From Phoronis australis (taxonomy: Eukaryota > Animalia > Phoronida), in the NCBI GenBank assembly GCA_002633005.1, contig NMRA01000157.1, positions 249,789 to 313,788 of the forward strand: a stretch of DNA of 64,000 bases, given 5' to 3'. The notes beneath the pieces are model-generated. The model was not told the DNA's origin. It was given only the letters and a program-made list of their open reading frames with translations, and ran no database searches. Every line of letters starts with the position of its first letter. Within the stretch, counting starts at the first letter, position 1. A program made the translations under genes and the position numbers. This document shows positions 45,501 to 57,500 of this stretch, piece by piece.

Positions 45501-48500
45501 AATGATCATCCCTTGTATCTGTGCTGTATGCTATGTGCACTGTGGGTGCATCTCACGGTTCCGTGTTGCTCTTGTTAGAATTGCTTTCAAATAGTTGATT
45601 GCTTTATTTTGCGTATGAGGAGGCAGTTTACTTTACAGTTAACTGTGATCGCTTAGCAAAGGCAACAACATGGCTTTGAGAAAGGCTCAATTATTTTGAC
45701 AAAATGAGATTACCTCATATGCCCTTAGTTTTCAAATCAATTGGTGAAAATGAAGTTGAACATTTCAATTTCCCCGAAGAGACTTTTCTGCTTACAGTTT
45801 GCAGATGTTTAACTTGTAAAATTCTGATATAATGAACGCTATTCACCTGTTGTGGAGATTGCCTCTTGGCTGCGAAAATCATATTGCCATAATGCCTAGC
45901 TTAAAATAGCGAATGTCCACATAGAACCCTACACCTGTGATCCCCTTATGAGACGCAGACTCTATAGCCCATGTGTTTTCTGATGTGATTATTTTGGCTC
46001 TAACGCAGATAAAACAGCCATTTAGGTGTGTTAGGAACAACATTGTAACAGGAGATGGAAGCAACGAGCAGTTTTGCTCATGACAGAATGAAGAACATTT
46101 CCATGAGAAATGATACCATTTTGCAACTTTAGAGTGCTTGATGTGTTTGGTAATACAACAAAAAATGATGTTTTTCGACCGGTTTCTGCTAATGCTTCCA
46201 CCTTTCTCGAGCTTTATTGTGAATCGACTATTTCTGTGGCTGTATGGTATGTCTTGGCAATTGTGGGCAAAAATAATTACCAGGATTAACCCTTTTTTCA
46301 TTTTTCAAAGTCTTCTAACAGTTGTTTATTATTTTAAAATGAGTGTAGGCAAACCCACTGTTTCTCTCATTCGACGTATCCTTTTTATTTTTAATGCTTA
46401 TTCAATTCAAATGGTGCATTGGGGTCACATTAGTATGAAGAACTCAATGGAGACTGCAATTGTTGTAAACACCTTTCCCCACCTTGGAATAATGCCTCCA
46501 TTCTTGTTAGCACTAGGTCTTGTCTTGATGCGCTAATTAACTTCTCGGGGTCAGAAGCGTTCTTTGAAATGTTAAGAATGATAATTTCAGGGTTGATTGA
46601 GCACGACTTGTTACTGCAGTTCAGCCTAAACTCAGTCAGTCTCATCAACCAACGGCTTGTCAGTTTATGTTCCGTCTGTTGTTGAGCTGGGTTAAAGATA
46701 TGTAGCAAGGCTTATTCAATTTAGAACGTGGAAAAACGGGAGAGCTTATTTTGTCTAAACTACATTGTTTTACTTCATTTTAGTTCATCACTTTGTGTGC
46801 CATAAAGCTTCCTTTAAATCAGTGACAGTTTCTATAGTTCAGTGTATTTCCAATTGATCGTGAAATAAGTACGCGATTTGAAACATTTTGTTGTCATTAC
46901 CGTAAAAGAATTTTCTTCACTTATAAAAACAAAATATTTTTCTGAAAATTTCTTGATGCTCCTACAATAAGAAGTGGAAAAAATGAGATGTGTTACTGAC
47001 CTATTTGGAGAAAGGGTAGAATGAGGGAAACAAAACAAAGTACATTTTGTGGATGCCTTATGAGTAATGGGGCATTTTGAGAAATTGAAAAAACGGTTTT
47101 GGTAGTTATACTTTTGTTTGATTATAAAAAACGTTACTGCAGTTCAATATGGCAAAAAGTGGGATTGAAAATCAATACAAATATAAAAACTGGAAAGTTT
47201 TGATTTACTTATTATTATTTATTGTGCATTTGTCACCAAAAACAATTAGCAAAGGTTTGATTATTGAACCAGTTCTGTTTCAGTTCGTCTTTAATTTCTG
47301 AAAATATTTTACTTAAAAGTGAAGAATGTTTGTTGTAAATATAAATGTGCGCATAGACTGTTTGTACCTTTAGTGAGCGATGTGTGGAATTACAAAAAAT
47401 ATGGGAAGTGGTTTAATTTTTTTTCTACGTTTTGAAATGGGAACAACAGGGCTCAATGTTAAAATATGCAACATTCTTGTAGGAGTCATCGTGTACTGGT
47501 AAATGTCTTGCAAGTAACTGAATGAAAGAGGAAAAGTTAATGAAAGAAATAAGTTTTGAAACTGAAGTAGATTTCAAGCAATACGCTACTAACCAAAACA
47601 CTTTGAGTGTTCTCCTTAAATTCAAAAGTGGTGCTACGCCGTGTTTGAAATGTTATGCACCATGTTCGGAAGTCTAGAGCCATGTTTGAAAAGCCAGAGT
47701 TACAAGACAAATGATTGATAATAATGGTGTTTCATAGTGGTACTTATTTTTACTATTTTACGGTGAACGTTGTAGTGACTCGCGCAACAAGTGAAAATAG
47801 TGTGTAACTAATTTTTGTTTTTCTGAATGAACAGAAAGGAAATTAGTGTTTAACAACGTGATGCAGAATTTGGACCATGTTTGAACTTTTGCTCTGGAAG
47901 AACCCTGGTGGTGCCATCTTGCGGTATAAAGACTGACTGTTCAATTTTCAACGATTTCAATATTACCTAAACTTAGTAACGTTACACTGAATGCTACGTC
48001 ACTGGCTCAGACATGTCCAATTTCAAAGTAAGATAGAATGAGTATGTCGCGGTTTATTTAACCGAAAATAACACCTGCGAGCTCCATTGCTACCACCTTC
48101 TAGCTATGGACAACAAGAAGCATAAAGTTGCCTGTTTTCACGACTCATTTTTTGTGACCGTCATGGAATTGCGTCAAAGCATTTGACACTTGTTGTCGTG
48201 TGAAATGGGATGTGCCAAGGTAATGGTCATATTATTGAAACAGTGCACGAAACTTTTTGTTTTGCATTTGATTAAAATGATGATTGCATACTATACAAAC
48301 CCCTTATCTGTTGATTTAATTTTTATTTTCAGCATGAACCAACTCTAATCAACGAAATCCGTGCCGACATGAGGTCAGAATGTATCAAGTTTGGAGAAGT
48401 CCGCAAAGTGACTGTACACGATGTAAGTTTTTGTATGTTGAGGAAAATTGCTACGTGTAACACAGTTGCAATAAGTAAAAGGAGTTTTCATTGTACTACA

Positions 48501-51500
48501 ATCCTTGCTACGGCATACTGGCCGGAGATCTAGCTCAACTAGAAGCAACTCCTGACGAATTTCAGGTCTGTGTCTTCTTTTGAAGAGGCCAAGTTGTCTT
48601 AAACTATTTCATGCAGAATTTTTCCTATCCATCACTTCTGCAGAATTTTGTGTTTGGCAATTGAACCAGGTGCCATTTACTGTATGAATAGATGATGTAA
48701 ATCATAATGCACGCCACCTGGTGGCCACTCTCTAAATCATCAATCACAAAATGATATGAAGACGAGATGAGATGAATATGTTAACCTGCTCTTCATATTA
48801 CTATGCAATACTAATGTTACAAATTGCAGAAAGTGGATTAAATGAAAAAACAGAATTAAATTTCTTTGCAAAACTAAAAATGCCGTTGGTGAACAGTTTG
48901 TTTGAGCTGGAATCATTTTTATGCAATTTAGTGATAACACTGTGCTTGAAAAGTTGTGAGTCATGTTTGGAAAGCTGAACCGTGTTCAAAATTTTGGGTC
49001 TTTTCTGAAAAGCCTGGGTCTTATTTCCTAAAATGTCTTAACTATACAACATTTTTTCACAGTCTTCACAGAGATTTACAACCTGTTGTATATTTTGGTG
49101 TAACAGTAAGTCTCTCTAGACTCTGTGTTAAAAACATCATCAAGTTATGACATTGCCCTAATGAGTTTTTATCTGCTTTACAAAACAACTGCAACAAAAA
49201 GGCAAATGGATGCTTTACTTTGCATTTTATGCTGTAAAATTGATGATAATACGCTGAGCAAGTGAAAAGAAAGACTTGGTGTAAAAATCTGTTTCTATTA
49301 ATTGGCGGAAAGGGAGATGAAAATGCAAAACAACGGAATGGAATTTGGGCCACTTTTAGATCTTTGCACAGATAGATTGAATGAGCTATCGCCGTCTTTC
49401 TATAAAAATGAAAAAAATTGTTAAGTATTATTTAACACTCAGTCAACATCCTTACGAACTACATTTTTGCCCAGGACATTGTCTCAGTTTAAATGCTGAT
49501 TCATGCTTTTTTGCCGTATAATTTTTTTTCATTGTACTCTGAGTTCATTTGGTTCTCTGCTACCAAGCACGTTTACCTGACTTGGGGCTGAATACCTTTG
49601 ACATTATCGAATATCTCCCATCCCAGTCCTGGTAATTAACAGCTCTTTAGACTGCTGAACCCAACACTGTGTATGACAAGTTCATTAATAATAGCCCTAG
49701 AGCAATCAACCATCCTCCATAAGTAAGGCTTTAAGTTGGGTATCTTGTGAATATTAGCTGTCTGCCACCGGCGTTTTTTAGTTCTAAACGTGAGTTAATT
49801 ATTGTTTCACCGTGATTTCTGTAGACGACCGACTGTTTCATGGAGGTCACTTGAACTGTTGCTCAATAATCACTTGTGAGAAAATGACTGGTACTGGCCT
49901 TGCCATATGGTCTTACTTCTTTCATATGCTACATCCAGGTGTTTAGATATTTTTTTTCAAAAAAACTGGCAAAGCAGTGTCAAAGCTCTTAGTAAATACT
50001 ATAGTATTTATAGTTACACATGTTCATACATTTATAGCTATGATGAAATTTGAGAAGAAAAGCTGCAATGATTATTTAGTAAAGGTAGAGAATTTGAAGA
50101 AAATTTTGCTCCAAGGTTTTATTAGTTTTCGACAAAAGATGTTTTTTAAAAAATATGCTGTAACAGTTGTATTGTCCAGACGTGTCATACCAGTGGTTGT
50201 TTTAATTTTGCAGCGTAATCCCGACGGCACGGTCTCCATATTCTTCAAGAGTCCCGAGGAGGCAGACCAGTGCATCTCTGCTCTGAACGGGCGGTGGTTT
50301 GCTGGGCATCAACTCTCAGCCTTCACGTGGGACGGGAAGACCAAGTACGATCTCGAAGAAACTGAGGAGGAACGAGCGAAAAGGCTGAAGGAGTGGGAAC
50401 AATATCTGGAGACCGGAGAGGAAGCGACAACTTCACAGGTGGGAACAGGGATGAGGTGTTATGTGCACACTCTTGTCCGAGCTCTGTAGATGTAGCATTG
50501 GACTTTGTGACCCACAGTGTCTGATATTTTGCACGTGCAGTTGCGCAGCTTCTTCTTTGACCATAACTGGTGTATCATTTAGTGTTTGGACCGCATCCTT
50601 ATTCAGTAATTTCAACAGTTGCTAGAAGGACTTTGGCAACGTTGAACACATCCATTAGGACCTCCTTGCTGGTAACCTTGTTCAGGAAAGGCAGAATGCC
50701 AAAGGAGGAAACCATCAAGTCTACTTAGTGAAATTTGTCCAAGCTTGATTTAGTTGGTACGTCACTTCCTTTGATATTGTTCTCCTAGCTTGAATTCTGT
50801 TGCTCCCTTCCTAACCATCTAGCCATGACTCGATTAGCTTGGAAAAGATTGCTGACCAGTAAGGTAAATCAGGCTTGTCAAGAATCTCGAATTAACTTGT
50901 GCAAGCCATGTTTTTCAACATTGAAGTTCAGGCTTGGAGAACCTTGCCCTTTTGTAATCATTGCTATGTAAGCTTGAATAAGATTGCTGGTCAGTAACAT
51001 AATTCAAGCTGATTATTTTAGCAACTCCTTCACCAAGACACATCTTCTTATAGAGCGGTGGTCAGAATAAAATATTCAATGGGCTATCAGCAGGTTACAA
51101 TTTAGGTCATACGGTACGTTCAAGTGGGCTAAAATAAAGACATTTAGGTCATTGCTAGCAAGGTTATTCAAACTTAGTATGGAACCATGAATAAGGTAGG
51201 CCCAAAAACTTGATCAATACTATCTATCCATGCTTGATTGATATTGGCCATGCTTCATTAGTATTGGCCAAGCTTGATTAATATTGGCCAAGCATAATTA
51301 ATTATGGCCAAACTTGGTTATTATTGACCAAGCTTGATTAATATTGGCCAAGCATAATTAATACTGGCCAAACTTGGTTATTGTTGACCAAGCTTGATTA
51401 ATATTGGCCAAGCTTGATTAGTATTGGCCAAGCTTGGTTAATATTGGCCATACCTAATTAATGTTGGCCATACCTGATTAATATTGGCCATGCTTGAATA

Positions 51501-54500
51501 GTGATTTGTACTGTCTAATTTGAACCAAGAATGGTAATTCAAGCTTGGTGCCATGATCTGATCATCAGGGGTGCATTGTCTCTTCCACCCTTTTCCTGGT
51601 CATCAGTGACTGGATTATTTGGAAAACAACAACTGACAGGCCCAGGGACATTTTGTAAATATTCTTCTCTACCTTGCTGGATCTGGACATCGCTGTTGAC
51701 CCGGTACTGGTGTAACCTTTTCCACAACACAGAGACACACGCAAGATTAAGTGACAGACTGGTTGGCTCCGAGGAAAATGTAAATACTACGAACAGACTT
51801 CAGTTTAGGCCCGTCAGCATTCGTTAACAATGAAAGAAGTAATGAACTTAGGACACTTAATTTGCTAACCAACGATTTGCAGAAAATAAACAAGGAAAGT
51901 TGCTTGTGGAATATGAGACTTCATGACAAGTTTGACTGGGCAACAAAAAGGTCAATTGAGTTTCACTTCACGGTCTGCATATATGCTTTATGCAATTATA
52001 AGTGCTGTTCCCATGTAAAAATTGGTAGAAATAATCTCGTGTATTTTTCAAGCAAATGTTTACTTGAAAAAAAATTTGGCATCGGGACACAAATTTTGCT
52101 TGGTTGATACTGGGTGGGAGGGAGGAGTTGTTCTCGACCCTCATGGTTTAATGATTCAATAAAAATTTTGATCATTATCTGTGTGATAAAACCACTGGTC
52201 TTTCACGAAAGTGTAGTGTTAGTATCTGCCAACAAGGGTGACATAATTTTCCAGTATTCGTGAATCCTTTGGGGACACGACCGTTAGTGGAATTTATCCC
52301 TTGTTTTTTGTTTCCTGAAACATTTTTGGGATTTCAGAATATATGAAGCAGTCATTTGCCATTCTTTACCTGTTCTTCTGGTTCCTGATATCCAGAATAT
52401 TGAGTACTCAGTCAAAACAAAAAAGACCCACAACTTTGCGATTGGTAACATGCTGGATGACGCACAATACAAACTCACCCATGTGATATTGTAGTCTTTA
52501 TGAGCAAGGTGACCCGCACTAACAGTACTTTTCTAAAATGTACTCCATTGCACACATGGCCTTCATCTAGGAGGCATCCACATGGATTGGACACCTCTAC
52601 TCAAATTTAGACATCCCACCTAGAATCCCCTGATCAGCATTTGGTCGCCTAAGCGAAGTAAGCAAGTAAGCATCGATGTTGCTTTTAACTTGGTAATAAG
52701 TCGTATGGGAGCTCATTGGGCTCTCATAAAAAAGTGAGTTATGATGTGACATGAAATAGGATAACCATAATTGCATAATCATGTCTCCACGGTAACACAC
52801 TATAACAATAATTTGACGTGGGGTTATAAAAATGCAGTCATACGTCATTGGTCATGGTCGCCCTGAGGAATTGAGAAAACCCATTTTGGACACCCTGTTT
52901 TTCAAAACTCCCGTAAAGCACCATGATAAAATTCTGAGAACGCTTACGGAATGGAAAAAACACTTTCCTACCTCACTGACCAATCACTGCAGTGGCCACC
53001 ATTTTGATAGAGTACTCTAGTAAGATCCCCAACGTACTCACGTTGGCCTTTCTCTTGCCTGATCTTGCTGTGACAATGAATGCACTACATGAGATCACAA
53101 GTTTTGTAACACCCTGTATCTCATGCTGGAGCCCTCCACATGACAACAGTAGAAGCACAGCAGGTGCTCAGTTAGATGACTCATGCTTCTCCTGCTACTG
53201 CCACTGTTGTCTATGTGGACTGAACAGGAATAAAATAGTTCAAGAATTTCTGCAGGCACGCGCCTCTGCAATTTTTATATTGCATGTCTCAAATTTGCTT
53301 GTAATAGCCATACATGTTTGTTTGTGGAGAATTGTGTTATACAAAGTATTTCTAATTCTGGGTTATTAAAGCAGCCATAATCAAACATTCGGTTGAAGAA
53401 ACTGAATTTTAATTTAGACTAATTACGGCTATAAAATTGGTGTCAGCTTGTTCCTTTGTCAGATAAGAAATGATTTTGGTCTTGCAAAGAAGGTTGGCGG
53501 TTTCTTATTCTTCAAGACCATGCTTAACGAATAAAATGACAGACCATGACGAGTCATCTCGTTGAGCCTGCTCTCAAACAATGATGACCTTTCAGTTATT
53601 TCCATGCCTAGAAATCCCACCTTCATTCCTTAAGGAACAAATTCAGACCAATTTTGTAACGGTAAGTGGTCTAAATCAAAAATATTTTTCTGACGAAAGG
53701 CAGTTTATTGCTACTAATGTGTTTGTGGGTTCTAAAACAGCCACAGATCCAAGTGTCACACTTAGGGGTTCTTGAGATTCCTCCTTAAAGCAATCTATAA
53801 GTGAGCAGCGGGGTCTGGACATTTAGACCCCCCTTTGGATCCGCCCCTGAAAAACAATGTATTGACATGCGTGAGAGTCATCGTTTTTTTTTTTAAATTG
53901 CACTCAAACACACATTCATGCTTCAAAATAATAGATAAACTCAATTTGATTTTTCACTATTGCTTCAAATGATTGTTTAGGAATCATCAGTTTGTGGTTA
54001 TTACATCACCAAACGTTAGAGAGTAAAGGCACTGACATGTATAATTAGATTTTTTTTCAAGAATTTACCTGACCCACCTCTCAGCATTTTTTTAGTGTTC
54101 AAAATGATCAGTTTGTTCAAGTCAAAAATAGACAAATTGTTTCTAAACTCTACTGCTCTAAGCGCCCACAGTCCTCAATGATCCGTGCAGTAAACGCATT
54201 CCTTTGACCATGTGTCAGGACCAGCCACCTCCCTTACTGGTGCACGTGGCCCAAGTGAATGAAACGTATCCTCTCCAGTATAGTCCACATTTCTTGAATA
54301 GTCGCCTAATTGCTCCAGTAAAAAAACGCATTAAAATCCAATTCAATTTTGCACCCAATGTAGTGTGCAACAGTGACGAAGTGTTTTTGAAATTTTTCAA
54401 ACATTTGTGCCCTGAATAGTTTTGTGTTTTTTGACAGAGACATCTTGAGTGCTTTTAAGTGATAATGTTGAATGACCTGGGCAAGCTGTAGTGTACATTA

Positions 54501-57500
54501 AAATTATACTGAACCATGATTTAGCCAATAAGCTGATATGAACTCTCACTAGGTCTTTTGAATCTTTGTAACGAAATAATGCGGGCTTACCCATGTCAAA
54601 CCTTGAAGAAAAAGCTCCAAGACTCCCTCCAAAATCTACTCATCAGCAAACTTGACTATCACTGCAGGGGAGATAATGGACTGCTGTGTCCCTGGAAAAT
54701 CTTCCCCAACATAGGATCCAGTTAGTGGCGGGATTAGGATCCAAAGCTGTTGCATGAAACAGTCGCAAATAGTAACTCAACTAAGTTCACTAAATCTACT
54801 TGGTATTTGTGGGCTTGTGAAAAACTGATTGTCCTTATTCTTATGCTGTTTCATTACTAAGTCAATTTTTTAATTTGATGCAAATCAGAGTGAAGCTATG
54901 TTGAATTCTAGTGAAAAGAAGTTGGGATTTTTTTATGTAATGCCCTTAATTTGAGAACTAAGTCACTGATTATTTTGACTGAATTAAGGGCTCAGTTTTT
55001 AGTTACATTTTTTTTAGAAAATGTCATTAGTCAAATAAGAGTACATAATGATGATTAAATGATGGATAAGTATTACATCTGTGAGTAAAGAGGAAAACAA
55101 ATTTGCTAAATATTTAGGGGGACTTAGTTGAGTCCCTATTTGGGACTGTTACTGGGCACTGAGCCCTGAGGCTGTTTTATCTCTCTGTGGAGGTACTACA
55201 TGACAAAACAGTTTTGGGTGAAATCTCCAAAACTGTAGTATTGTTTTAAGTTTACGGTCTGGGACGAGTCTGGGCAATAGTCTGATATAACGTGCCTGAA
55301 TTTTGAGAACCAGTTTTCCCCACTAAATAACGGCCATCAAACTGGTTCTCAAAATGCGGTACTTATATCGGACTATTGCCCAGTCCGTGTGTTTAACCAA
55401 ATATGTACAAAATTATAGAGTGTGACTCAGTAAATGTATTACATGTTCCCCAAAGTGAAAAGCATGCAGAATTTAATTTTTGTCTTTTTACCAAAACGAA
55501 CAGGGAATTGGTTGTTTTGTCTTACAAATTCAGGACGTTTTCGGAGGCAAGTTGAGGAAATTTGCCAACATCAATGTGTCTTTCACCTTAGTGCATAATT
55601 TGTTTGAGATTCCTTTAATATTTAGCCTCGTTTCAAATTTGTTCTCTCAGCTTATGACAGTCTTTGATTCCAGTATTCCAAACAATGCTTTATTGCATGA
55701 AATTCAACAAATTGGTAATAATTTTATTTTGATAACCAGCTAATTTACAACCAGTTTTTTCACATAATAGGGAAGTGTGAATGCTATGCACGTGGAGGCC
55801 CGGGGTCTATTTCTTGAAAGGTGACTGAGTCTGAAGTCAGAAATTTGACCTTTTTCTCCGCAAAAATCTTTTTGAATAATAATTAAATCTCTCATGAGCA
55901 ATAATGTAAAGTCTTTAAGAATACACTAGTACACGTGACTACTAGTTACTGAGATAATTTCTTGTATATATTATTTCTAGTCTGTCATGTGCGCATTATT
56001 ACTTGGGTAATCCTTTAGTACGCAAATGTGAAGTGAGAGTGTAAGACAAAATTTGAGTCTCAAGTCTTGCGTTGCTTTTCAGGAGGAAAAATCAGATTTT
56101 CAAAAAAATGAATAAGTGATTTATTCTGTTAGTTTGGAAATACGGACTCGCGTTTTCAACAATTGAAGTTAAGTTCTCACTTTCATTTTCATTGTCGTCT
56201 TGAAAATCAGTTCAGTTGAAAGTCCTGAATACGTTTATAGCAAAGACTTGGGAGAAATTCCCTATGAGCGCCCAACGCCCAGGCTCGCGACTTTCGAAAA
56301 TTCTGAACCAACAAAATTATTTTACTGGAAATTCCATTCTTCGTTGCCGAAGTATCACGTTTCTTCAAATAGCTTATTTAATGCTAATTGTTTTGTCCCA
56401 TGAAAATTTATGTTTCGTTTCAAATCCTTGATGGTTACTGGCACGAATTATGTTGGCGAAGATGATCAGGCGATTATTGTTTTGTAGCCTTTGTTCTGAA
56501 AAAATAGTTATTTTTTCGGAGATTGACGTAACTTTCTCAAATTCGAAAAATTATTTAAGAGACTACAAATTCAATTTCTGTATTCCATTAGCTTCAAAAA
56601 CGTATCTGGGATTTTCTGTCTCGATTGTCAAATTGAAAACTTAGGAAGTTTTCAGGGAATGTTTTCTATTGGCGATTGTAAAGGTGGGTGTCTGGAGAAA
56701 TATTAATTTTGTTGATTATCATAAGAACCCTCAGATTTATTACAACAGCTGTGTGCCCTGAGGTCGACAGTCTTTCCAAAAGTGCAAAGCACCATTTTTA
56801 ACGTAGGGTAGTCTTTTGGGGGAGATCCAATTAAATCGTTTAATATCTCTGCCCTTTAACTGCACAATACTGTAAAATATGTGATTTTAATTTGTTTTTC
56901 AATAGCGTTATGGTAGTAACACAGAGGCTACTCGGTTGTTGCCGGAATATTTAAATACCTTTTTGCATTCAGTTTATTTTGAAACCTCTGTTGGCGCTTC
57001 GTCAGGCTCTTCTGCATCTTGCGTGCGCGGGCGAGGGCGCGCGTGCCCACAAGAGTATCAGTTACCCCCCGTTGACTTGGTTATCACTGGTGCGTGACTC
57101 GGGTAGACAGCCGGCTATCCGCGGCAGCATCATCCATCATTAACCGAGTCATTACATTACAGGTATATGTAACACACCTTGCCGGGCATTACTCACGGCA
57201 CTGTCTGTTGTTCAACGTTTCGAATCTGTTATCTGTGTACACATTGTAGTTGCTCCTGTACGTTCGGAAATTAAGCAGGTTTACCCTAGGTTTTACCACC
57301 ATCGATTATAATATTTTGCCCCAAAAATAAATATTTTAAATAAAATAACGACTGATTCTTTGCACAGTTAAGCAAAAGCCAATAGTCTAATCAGAAATAT
57401 GTAGGTGATCCTTTCTTTAATATGAAATTCACAGCGTACAAATTCAGGGTCATATGCACGTATTAGCATTCGGGCACCGTCTTGTCTTCTTCGGATTCGC

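Larger units (their letters stand above)
41600..45577 (-). mobile_element. HINE-like composite repeat with degenerate internal tandem units; host of nested MITEs
   Basis: Recurrent ggattttcatgaaatttgg and cctagtgg units; terminus gttgctcttgtt. Left boundary approximate. Confidence 0.5.

Noticed and set aside
44056-46536. ORFs of 113-140 aa in HTATSF1 intron 5
   Set aside because: They lie in repeat or AT-rich intron sequence, with no recognisable domain or transposase motif.
51733-51827. Alternative HTATSF1 terminal exon (..THARLSDRLVGSEENV..IR*)
   Set aside because: The first AG gives a stop after five codons and the open frame needs a weak GAG acceptor; cannot be supported without RNA data.
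56975-57012. Second hammerhead-like string (minus: AGAGC CUGACGA AGCGCC..GGUUUC AAAA)
   Set aside because: Lacks the GAAA box and a stem I partner; at best a dead relic.
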